From assembly GCF_001194135.2 (NCBI RefSeq), contig NC_068982.1, positions 185,375,493 to 185,432,776 of the forward strand: 57,284 nt of DNA, in the 5' to 3' direction. This stretch comes from Octopus bimaculoides (Eukaryota). This document shows, in pieces, positions 47,353 through 57,284 of the stretch (position 1 is the first letter of the stretch; every line of letters begins with the position of its first letter). A model generated the notes under the pieces. It worked only from the letters and a program-made list of their open reading frames with translations. It searched no databases and had not been told where the DNA came from. The position numbers were made by a program, and so were the translations under genes.

Positions 47353-50300
47353 GCAGGAGTGGCTGTATGGTAAGAAGCTTGCTTCCCAACCACATGGTTT
47401 CAGGTTCAGTCCCACTGTGTGTGGTGGTGTTCCAGCATGGCCACAGTCAAATGACTGAAACAAGTAAAAGGAAAATATATATATGAGTGTGTGTGGAACT
47501 TGATAGATATGGCTGAGTGTGTATGTTAGTATCACCTAGTCTTGACATTGTGTGATAGGTATAAGCAAGTATCACTAGCAGACAAGTGGTGTCTTCCAGT
47601 TCCAATTTAGTGTGAAAATGTAACTAATCAGGGTAAATATTAACTTGCTTGGAAATATGTGTGAACAGGTGACAGGAAGGGCATCTCACTATGGAGAATT
47701 TACCTCAACAAATTCTGTCTGATCCATGCAAGCACGGAAAAGGGGATATGAAAATAATCTCCGATATGACCACTGGCAAACTTTCATATATGATTTATTC
47801 CCTGTGAACCAGGATGATCAGATAACAATCTAATTTATACAAAGCAGAAATATGAGGCAAATGAAATTAACTTTACTGATTTTTTTCTTCAGCAAAATTT
47901 CTTATAATACTATTGAAATTCCTTTTCCTGGCAATTTTATGTCAAGTCTTGCTAAATTGACAAGGTGGATTTGAGACATGGTAGAACTTAATAAATTTTT
48001 GCTATATTTAAGTTCACTTAAAGATCTTTCTGGTAATAATACTTAACTAAACACAAATACTTAGACATATTTCACAAATTTTGTAGTCCATTAACCCTCT
48101 TACTGCAGAAAGCAGATGTATATACAGGATGTATATACAGGATGTATATACAGGAGCAGTTTTACATACTGGTCTATCTTTTGTTGAGGAATGTCATGTT
48201 TGAACTTATTTTTTGTTGTAATATATCAAGTTTATTCAGACAATGAGACTTGCAGAAAATACCAATTCCATCTTTTAGTAGATATTTAACCTTATTACCT
48301 GAATAACTATGAGATTTAATTTTGCAGTGAGAGTGCTAATAAATTTAGCAATTTTATAAGCTTCAGTTCTGTTTGTTTGAAACTGGTTATATTTACTGAC
48401 ATGTATTTTTGCCAAATTTTCACTGTTGAGGTCAGTAGGATATTGGTGTGCTAATACTAGCTATTTGCCTTTTGTTTTTTTTCTAATTCACTTTCACATA
48501 GGATATTTCCACAACAAATCAAAATTTTAGATTGCTCACTTAACCATATTACAGCATATAGTTAGCCCTTTAGTGTTTAAACTTTGCCAGATCAGATTGG
48601 AGCCTGGTGCAGCCTTCTGGCTCGCCAGTCCTCAGTCAAACCGTCCAACCCATGCCAGCATGGAAAGCGGACGTTAAACGATGACGATGGTGATGATGAT
48701 GATGATTCATTAAAAAAAAGTTAGATCAAAATATGTAGGATCAAAAATGGAGAGTAAGGTGAAAAATTGATTTTTGAGTAAGAATATCTCAGTTATTTTA
48801 AAAGAAAAGTATTAATTAATTGGGTTTTAAAAAAATTTGCTCTTTGAGAAGAATCATTTGTTGAAAACCTTGTTAAAAATTATAAGCTCAGAAAAATGTA
48901 ATGTAACTAAGTGATGAAAATAACTTCCAAAATTGACTTTGAATCAAAATATCTCGGCTATTGTAAAAGAAAACTATACAACAATTGTGTTCAAATGAAA
49001 GAGTTCTATGTGATGATTTTTAAGGTGAAAACCTTGTCAAAGTGACATGGCTTTAAGTGATGAATAAAAGTAACCATTTCAGAAAATCAAAATATTTTTG
49101 TCATTTTAAGATATTTAGCATTATAAAAGCCAGTACCTGATGTTGTGAGTCACCTAACTTAATGGTACAGAGTGCTTAACTGGAGTTTGGGAGATGTGTG
49201 GATCAATTCTCTGTAGTCACCTGCTTAGACCTTTTTTTTTCATTTTTTTTTTTTCCCTGTTTTCTAAGGATATTTAATCAATCTTCTAAGTTGTCTTCAC
49301 AGCTACTCTGCATTTGAAATTTACTTCAGATGAAAGAGCTCTATGAGAAGAATTTATGGTGAAAATTTTTGAAGTTGTGTGGCCACAAGTTAATATTTTT
49401 ATATTTAAAATTTTTTTAGTATTACCCAAAAACATTTCTGTCTTTTTTAGTATTATATTATTTTTTAGTTTTATTTTCTTAACAAAACACATTATCCTAA
49501 AATTTAAAATCACAGATATTGCATTATAAAATTAAACTTGTAGAATATATGTAATTCAAAATTGTAAAAGAGCATTAAAAGAATTAAAAAAAAAAAAATA
49601 AAAGAATTGATTCCTTTAAAATTTACATTATTAACCAACAAAGTATTTTCTATTTACAATTACAAAAATATTTTTTTAAAAATGAGAGCTAATAAACAAA
49701 TTGAGTGCAAAATGTGTAGGCACAGGAGTGGCTGTGTGGTAAGTAGCTTGCTCACCAACCACATGGTTCCGGGTTCAGTCCCACTGCGTGGCACCTTGGG
49801 CAAGTGTCTTCTACTATAGCCTTGGGCCGACCAAAGCCTTGTGAGTGGATTTGGTAGACGGAAACTGAAAGAAGCCAGTCNNNNNNNNNNNNNNNNNNNN
49901 NNNNNNNNNNNNNNNNNNNNNNNNNNNNNNNNNNNNNNNNNNNNNNNNNNNNNNNNNNNNNNNNNNNNNNNNNNNNNNNNNNNNNNNNNNNNNNNNNNNN
50001 NNNNNNNNNNNNNNNNNNNNNNNNNNNNNNNNNNNNNNNNNNNNNNNNNNNNNNNNNNNNNNNNNNNNNNNNNNNNNNNNNNNNNNNNNNNNNNNNNNNN
50101 NNNNNNNNNNNNNNNNNNNNNNNNNNNNNNNNNNNNNNNNNNNNNNNNNNNNNNNNNNNNNNNNNNNNNNNNNNNNNNNNNNNNNNNNNNNNNNNNNNNN
50201 NNNNNNNNNNNNNNNNNNNNNNNNNNNNNNNNNNNNNNNNNNNNNNNNNNNNNNNNNNNNNNNNNNNNNNNNNNNNNNNNNNNNNNNNNNNNNNNNNNNN

Positions 50301-51638
50301 NNNNNNNNNNNNNNNNNNNNNNNNNNNNNNNNNNNNNNNNNNNNNNNNNNNNNNNNNNNNNNNNNNNNNNNNNNNNNNNNNNNNNNNNNNNNNNNNNNNN
50401 NNNNNNNNNNNNNNNNNNNNNNNNNNNNNNNNNNNNNNNNNNNNNNNNNNNNNNNNNNNNNNNNNNNNNNNNNNNNNNNNNNNNNNNNNNNNNNNACAAG
50501 GAAGGAGGGAGTGGGGGAGAGAGTATAAAAGAGAAGAGGCTTGCAGGCAGTTAGTCTTTCCATTAAAACTGAAAATAAATAGCTTCTTGAATATTTTTAT
50601 TTAAACTTTTGAGTTAAAATTAAAAAATATGAAAGGGCAATTATTACGATTTTAGTTTTTAAATTCTAACTTCAGCAGCAATGGTTTGAGTATTTTTTCT
50701 TCTTGTCCTATACTTTTCCAGATTTAATTACAGCTTGTTCTGTACTCTTCTAGGTTCAATACTTCAGCATATTCTAGGATTCTGTGCCCACATTTTTCAT
50801 TCTAGTATATATATATATATATATGTATAATGCATATATATATATGCCTACTAAATTCACCCACAAAATATTAGCTGGCCTGGGACTATAGAGGAAGACA
50901 CTTGCCCAAAGATGCTGCACAGTAAGACTAAACTCAAAACCATCTGATTGCAATGTGATCTCTTTAACTACACTACTATGTGCATTTTAGAAATGTAGTT
51001 TATATTTGAGTTCATATTTCTGAATCATGTAAACTCTGAATTACATGACCGTCTGCTGTAGGCAATATTATTTTTTTTGGTGGGTCTGAGGATAGTAAAC
51101 TGAATGGCTGCCCCGGGCAGTACACACTCTAGCTACCCTAGTGATGTGACCTACTAACATTATTTGCTCCACGTGTCCTAAGTCTAATACAGTTATTTAT
51201 GTAGACTTTTTTTTCATTATTAAAACATTTTCAATTACTTTATAAAGATGTTGATATAACAGAATTTATACCTCAAAAGAATGTTTGCATTCTTGGATGA
51301 TGATAAAAAAACAAAAAAATATACTTCACACACAAGCACATTAGTTTTATGAGGTTTTATACCAGCAGATTCATCAATTAACATTTTTTAAGTTGTCAGG
51401 TAATTCCTCAGGCAAAACCAGAACAATAGCATTCTTGCTGAGACTCGTGCATTCTGTCCAATAAAACCTAATGTTTTTTTCTGGTACACTTAATTTACTG
51501 CAACTTATTGTTAGTAGATCACCAACTAATGATCTACTAATAAAACACTGTAGTGACTTACAGTTTGCACATGGTGTCTCTATAAGAATGTTCAAAAGCA
51601 GATTTGGGTTTCTATTACTATTAATATTTCTATCTATT

Positions 51639-51728
<90 letters not shown>

Positions 51729-52063
51729 GCAAGTTTTTAATCAATGAAATATTACCGACTAAGGTCACAAAAATATATATTTTCTAATTAGATTTAAGTA
51801 AATTTGAAAGTATGGACATTAAGAGACATTTGGCCATCTTCAATATAAGATAACATTGATTTTTATTACCCTTCCCCACATACACATTAGTTCAGTTCTG
51901 CCATGTCAATTCTTAGCACTTTTTTTTTTTACACCAGACAGTTTTTGCTCTCAAGGATCCAATAAGGAAATAATTTTCTGAGGTTTATAATTAAGTATAA
52001 TCTTTATTTACCAAATAATATGATGCAATTGATTAGTAAATATTGAGTTGTGCATTTTCACAG

Positions 52064-52194
52064 ATCACAGAAAATGCTTTGAGTTAGAAAGTGCACAAAA
52101 TTTGCCAACTGTCCTGTCAGCTCATGAAGTCGAAACACCAGTAGTGGGAGAATCTGTGTTTCATGCTAAAATGCCACAACAGACAGACCAACCA
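52064..52194 (+). CDS. Host gene exon 14 (phase 1 to 0): (N)HRKCFELESAQNLPTVLSAHEVETPVVGESVFHAKMPQQTDQP
   Basis: Acceptor gcattttcacag, donor gtaagt; 131 bp inside ORF 52048-52254. Confidence 0.85.
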
Positions 52195-52679
52195 GTAAGT
52201 ACACTTCTGATTACTTCTCTAATATACAGGCTGTTGTTCCTGCTTTTTTTATGATTTGGTCAGATAATCACTCATGTGCCCTACCTGAGTCATGGACAAC
52301 ACACAAATAAATCTTCAAAGGCTACAAAAGCTAAACCTCACTATTACTGGCAATCTTTGTGGTGATCTCACCTCCACAACATAGCAAAAATTTATCCTCA
52401 TAGATTAATGTTACTCTTTTGGACAAGAAAATCTTCAGCTCCTAAAATATGCAAACTTTTTACAAAGTTCAAATGAGTGATACCTACAATGAAATTCTGT
52501 GTGTGCACTTAGAATGATACTGTTGCTGTATATGCAGACATCCTAGACTGCCTCCTCAAACATACTGTCTCTCTTCCCTCCCCCTCTCCCCTCTCTCTCT
52601 CCTCTTCTCTCCTCGTCTCCTCTTCTCTCCTCGTCTCCTCTTCTCTCCCCGTCTCCTCTTCTCTCCCCGTCTCAGGTAC

Positions 52680-53200
52680 AGATCAACTTTCAATTGTTCT
52701 TTCAGTTCATGACATGTATTCTGTCGTGTCTGTTTTTGATCTTCCATCAGTGAGTGAGGCACAAATTTTGCTGTAACTCTTTTCATTTGCAATTCCTCAC
52801 TCAAAATTCGTTGGGAGGAGCTCCATGACACACCAGTCATCTCAACAAGCTTGTCAGTTGTTTGGTGATGGTCCTCCAAGATCAGTTCATGAATTTTCGT
52901 GATGTTTTCATTTGTTCAGGAGGTCAATGGTTGTCCTGAATGAGTTTGGTCCTCAAGTGACAAGTGACCATTCCTAAAGCATGGAAAACACTCGTAAACT
53001 TTGTGTTTTGTTCATGGAACGTCCATGTAAGCTGTTCAAAGTGTGAGAACCGTTTTGGCTGCTGTTTTCCTCAGCAGAAAACAGAATGTCATGGAAGTAC
53101 ACTGTCCCTTCATTTCAGCCATTACAAAACTTGATGAACAGAGGAGAAACATTGCAAAACAGAGATGCACCATGTGTTCGTATGACTTTGGCTGACGATG
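52680..53200 (-). pseudogene. Mariner transposase N-terminal (HTH to VPH) fragment of a second family
   Basis: FCFLLRKTAAKT ... LEDQTHSGQP ... EDHHQTTDKLVEMTGVSWSSSQRILSEELQMKRVTAKFVPHSLMEDQKQTR, truncated at a CT-rich repeat. Confidence 0.8.
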
Positions 53201-53463
53201 CTGGTCAGCAGACTGATGCCTGAGAGTTGCAGCAAGTGTCCATGCTTGCTGTGTCACCCTCCTATTTGACCAAGCATTGCAGTAGACAGAGGGATGTCCA
53301 AAAGAAAGGAAGATGGAGGGAAAAAAATCACTAACAATCCACAAGTAGTTATATTTTGGAATATACACACATATATTTATATACATACGTACATATATAT
53401 TTACACACACACTCTGTGCATATTTGCATGATACTGTCTGCTCATTATCTATCTATCTTTTAG

Positions 53464-53518
53464 GTCTATATTATCGTTGAGGATTACCAGCCACCTGATG
53501 TTCCAAGTGAAGCACTGG
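53464..53518 (+). CDS. Host gene exon 15 (phase 0 to 1): VYIIVEDYQPPDVPSEAL; the gene continues beyond this exon
   Basis: Acceptor ctatctatcttttag, donor gtaaag; 55 bp, open in phase 0. Confidence 0.75.
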
Positions 53519-53879
53519 GTAAAGTAAAACTCTTAATTTTTAAGAAATACAAATAGAATGAAACTATTATTGCTTTACTGGTGGATTTAAGGACATAGGG
53601 GCACATATGCATTTCCATATTTTTATCTTTCTTCTTCATATTTTTTTTCTCTCTGGTTCTTGTTTTTTTTGTTTTTGTTTTTTTGTCTGCTTTTGTAAGG
53701 ATCCTTATTCATTGACTTTGTAACCAAAAACTGTCAGGCTTACCTACTGACATCTTGGCAGATATCTGCTGCTTTTAGTATCAATGCAACAGAATTTCAA
53801 GTTCAATTAGAAGAGGAATGGTTGTGCTGCCAAGAATAGACATGAACAATGGGGTCATTATTAATAATTTCTGGGTTTT

Positions 53880-54560
53880 ATTGTCTAAGTATTTGTACAT
53901 CTGTGTTAAGTCTCATTCTCTTATCTCAGTTTCTTCATCTAACATGATTTTAGGGTGCTTAATTTTTACTCCCTCTCTTCAGAAGTTGCCTTGATGAAGT
54001 TTCCTCAGCAAAATCTCATATAAATTTCTCTGGTAAATCCATATACTTTCTGCTGTAGAGGTTTTAATTTTCTAACATTTGCAGTGTACAAAATGTAGTC
54101 ATCCTTATACAAAAGATGGTTGATTCTCTAACCATAATATTGTGTCTAAGTCTAGTCCTGTTTAACATGCTAATTAAGAGTGCCAGTGTCAGACAGAAAA
54201 GCAATAGAGATAGGGAGCCTGCTTATAATATTTGTTTTTTAATGTAAATGAATTTCATTCATATAATTCTCTGTCTTGTCTGTAAAACTGTTTGCCATTT
54301 GATCATGACATTTTTTGTTTGTCCTCCTAATACTGTTGCTACCTTAATCATGTCTATTGTTTCCAAAATCCACATACCAGAAATGCTGTCAAATGTTTGT
54401 GCTAGGATTAAATCTTTCTTTCTTCAAATTTTTTTTCAGTTATGAGTTTGTTGATCAGTAATTTATCTTTACAACTACATGAGCCTTTGCAAGATCCCTT
54501 CTGTTCTTCTAGAAATTAGTTGTTCAATTAATAAATATTAGTGATGGAAGAAGTATTTAA
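53880..54560 (-). mobile_element. Decayed R4/Dong-like RT fragment
   Basis: EEQKGSCKGSCSCKDKLLINK, GSLSLLLFCL and RINHLLYKDDYILY (consensus ISHLLYMDDLKLY), read across frames. Confidence 0.7.
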
Positions 54561-54963
54561 TACAGAATGACAATCTTCACATCCTACTTAATGTGGATAT
54601 ATTATTACATTGTTTTACTGTGCTATTTACCTTGAGAGATCCTCTCATACAGTGCTAAGAGCACAAACATATATTGTTGGCAGATGAGAATTATCTGGCA
54701 TGGGTGCTGGAACTGCTACATCATATGATTTCAATGTATATGTGCTTCCTCAGTGGTAGACATCCACTCACTGCATTCCAGCCAAATCTCACTGCCAATG
54801 ATATATAGAATAAGTGACTGTTCAGTCATTCATGTTGCAAATAACCAGCAGGCTCTATAAAAAAATTAGTGATGGAAGCAGTATTAATATTTTATTTTTA
54901 CCAAATACTTGATAAAATGTAGCAGTGCAATCTTCATGATGGAGTCAGCTGATAGCTGGATCT

Positions 54964-55053
54964 ATCTTGCATACAGCAACAGTTAAAACAGAACTCCGTG
55001 AGTCATCAATCTTGCATACAGCAACAGTTAAAACAGAACTCCATGAGTCATCA
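54964..55053 (+). repeat. 45-bp tandem duplication
   Basis: atcttgcatacagcaacagttaaaacagaactcc(g/a)tgagtcatca occurs twice with one mismatch. Confidence 0.9.
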
Positions 55054-56826
55054 TTGCTCAGATACTGAACAAATGTGCGCAAAATGGTTTCATTGTTTAA
55101 CCTTCATCTTATACAAGCCTAACTAATGGCAAGTCTGTTCCTGTAGAGTTTGTCTTGAACTGGTAATGCTTACCAGTTGCACCACCTGGCCACTGATTTC
55201 TGGAAATTATCCATAATCACCCAACTGAAAATCCTTCAGGACACAGTAGCCAATTAATTTTAATCGTAATTGTGGCTGATGTCAGTGCTGTCTGAGTGGC
55301 ACCTGTGCTGGTGGCACATAAAAAACACTGTTTGAGTGTTAGGTCCCCACAGAGGCAGTGACAGGTGACCGAGACCTCTGGCAATATACTGTGCTTGTAT
55401 AGACCTGTCAAGCCAAGTGAGATCATGGCCAATACTGATGAGACTATTGTCATGGCCGATGCCAGTGTTGTGTAACTGGCATTGTAAAAAGCACCCTTCA
55501 AACATTGGGCTATATACTGTGCTTGTGTAGACCTGTCAAGCCAAATGAAATTGTAGTTGTGTTTCTGACCGGTACCTTTCGTGATATACTGTTCTTGTGT
55601 AGACCTGTCAAGCCAAGTGAGATTGTTGTTGTATCATGTCAATGGCACGTAAAAAGCACCCACCACACTCTTGGAGTGGTTGGTGTTATGAAGGGCATCC
55701 AGCCATAGAAACCTTGTCAAATCAGACTGGAATCTGGTGCAGCTCCCCGACTTACCAGTTTTCAGTCAAACTGTCCAACCCATGCCAGCATGGAAGTGGA
55801 TGTTAAACAATGATGATGATGATGAGTGCCCAGAGTTTTTCTTGACCATTGTCCTTTTTACCTTGTTAGTCCCCAATAGAATGCTAACATATAAGTTTCA
55901 AGTGGTACACTGCCTGACTGGTGGAGGAATGTGAGTGCTTGTTAACGTTCCAGATGCCAGACATCCAGTTTTAGCTTTCACTTAACCCGTGGCTGCAGCT
56001 CTGTCAAAAAGATGAATTATGGAAAAGGCACCTCACAAAGGGTAACTACACTTGCTCACTGCCCAGGAATTTAAGTTGATGCTGCAGCCTCAGTGCATAC
56101 CTGTGCATTACTAGCCATGAATACTGGGTCCTCTACCAGTAAGATGTTGCAGTAGATGGACGACCTGATAAATGGAATGTGTTCCTTCCACAAGAAGAGA
56201 AAGTGACAATGCTTCAATCTGAACAGACAAAAACTAAAGCAAAACGTGACAGCCAAGAGGAAATATATACATTGGCAGCATTGTATGTATTAGCAACCTC
56301 TACCCAACCATTTAGGGAAAACTTTCTCTTTGCTTATTTCTGAGCAACACTGGCTCCTCTGCTCATAACCACTTCTCAGTTCTTATGCACCAAGAATTTA
56401 ATTGAAGAAGAACCAAGTAACTTAATCAGCCTGTTGGTCTAGCTCCATGATACTGGTTGCTGGCAGGAACATGCCTTTCCAGTTGATGATCTGCAAACTT
56501 ATCAACTTACTTGGCTCATTCATCACTCCTGACACTATTTTGGTTCCTTTAGACTCCTTTAGTGTACTACAATCACCTGAAGTGCTAGTTACTTCAACTT
56601 TCATGGTGTCTGACACCAATTCACTAAAAATGAGTATTGATAACAAGCATTGACATAAATCTTAAACTTTTTTCATCAATTATGGGTTGTAAATAACTAT
56701 AGTAATTTCTTTAACTAATCACAAACAGCCAAAACTGTGTAGACAGTACAAGAAAGGCACTGTGTGATGTAATAAATGGGAATTAGAACATGCTGTGTGG
56801 TGTACAGTATAGCAATTAGAATATTT

Positions 56827-57150
56827 TGTACATTATTTACATTATTTTCATTATTTACATTCGACAGATATTTGTCCTCATCTTGTTTATTGTTAACACA
56901 ACGTTTCGGCTGATATACCCTCCAGCCTCCTTCAGGTGTCTTGGGGAAATTTCGAACCTGGGTTCTCATTCCTAAGGTATTCTTCAACGTTATTATTATT
57001 GTTATTGTTCAGGTCACTGTTTGGAATCGAACTCGGAATCTTGGGGTTAGTAGCCCGTGCTCTTAACCACTATGCCATACGCCTTGGGTGTAGTGGTTAA
57101 GAGTGCAGGCTACTAACCCCAAGATTCTGAGTTTGATTCCAAGCAGTGAC
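56827..57150 (-). mobile_element. Short element with a tRNA-derived head and a hammerhead, plus an inverted second head
   Basis: A-box-like TGGCATAGTGG (57067-57077) and B-box GAGTTCGATTCC (57023-57034) on the minus strand, then an (AAT)n linker, the ribozyme and a repetitive tail; a + strand head copy lies at 57087-57150. Confidence 0.75.
56895..56940 (-). ncRNA. Minimal type I hammerhead ribozyme motif (Penelope-type)
   Basis: The minus strand reads GACAC CUGAAGG A GGCUG-gaggguauau-CAGCC GAAACGUU GUGUU. Helix I and II pair, and helix III is a loopless palindrome; position 9 differs from CUGANGA. Confidence 0.7.
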
Positions 57151-57284
57151 ATCATCATCATCATCATCATCGTTTAACGTCCGCTTTCCATGCTAGCATG
57201 GGTTGGACGATTTGACTGAGGACTGGTGAAACCGGATGGCAACACCAGGCTCCAGTCTGATTTGGCAGAGTTTCTACAGCTGGA

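Noticed and set aside
48114-48152. 13-bp unit gatgtatatacag repeated three times
   Set aside because: An ordinary slippage-type minisatellite with no associated structure.
55435-55455. CTGATGA followed by a GAC-TATT-GTC stem, resembling a hammerhead
   Set aside because: There is no GAAA after the stem and no helix I or III.
55930-56650. ORFs 56422-56646 and 56447-56653 as further host exons or a LINE 5' end
   Set aside because: No phase-1 acceptor with a good donor was found. A GIWNV-like motif and similarity to about 13220-13280 suggest an old repeat, but this is not enough to classify it.
57012-57082. tRNA gene
   Set aside because: A and B boxes are present, but I could not fold a convincing acceptor stem. 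It runs into a repeat body and has diverged copies, so it is treated as a SINE head. The same applies to 40290-40362.

Overview
AT-rich eukaryotic genomic DNA from a draft assembly with five N-gaps. It is most likely an octopus/coleoid cephalopod; this is inferred from remembered SINE families, not from a search. The backbone is the middle part of one + strand gene. I recovered 15 exons (2818-53518, 2421 coding nt, 807 codons) by hand. All have GT-AG boundaries and all 14 introns are phase-compatible. The product is uncharacterised: a HEAT/ARM-like helical segment followed by a long E/K-rich exon that contains a coding minisatellite. Start and stop codons lie outside what I could find. The introns hold at least four tRNA-type SINE families, RTE, CR1/L2-like and R4/Dong-like LINEs, a near full-length mariner, Tc1 remnants, piggyBac- and hAT-type MITEs, a Helitron end and several hairpin elements. 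The most notable observation is four hammerhead-ribozyme motifs of the minimal type I kind known from Penelope-like elements. Two of them sit in a short element that appears to join a tRNA-derived Pol III head to the ribozyme, and both copies carry an inverted head. The other two form the arms of a 400-bp hairpin. No prokaryotic system, CRISPR array or rRNA gene is present. Boundaries of decayed repeats are approximate.
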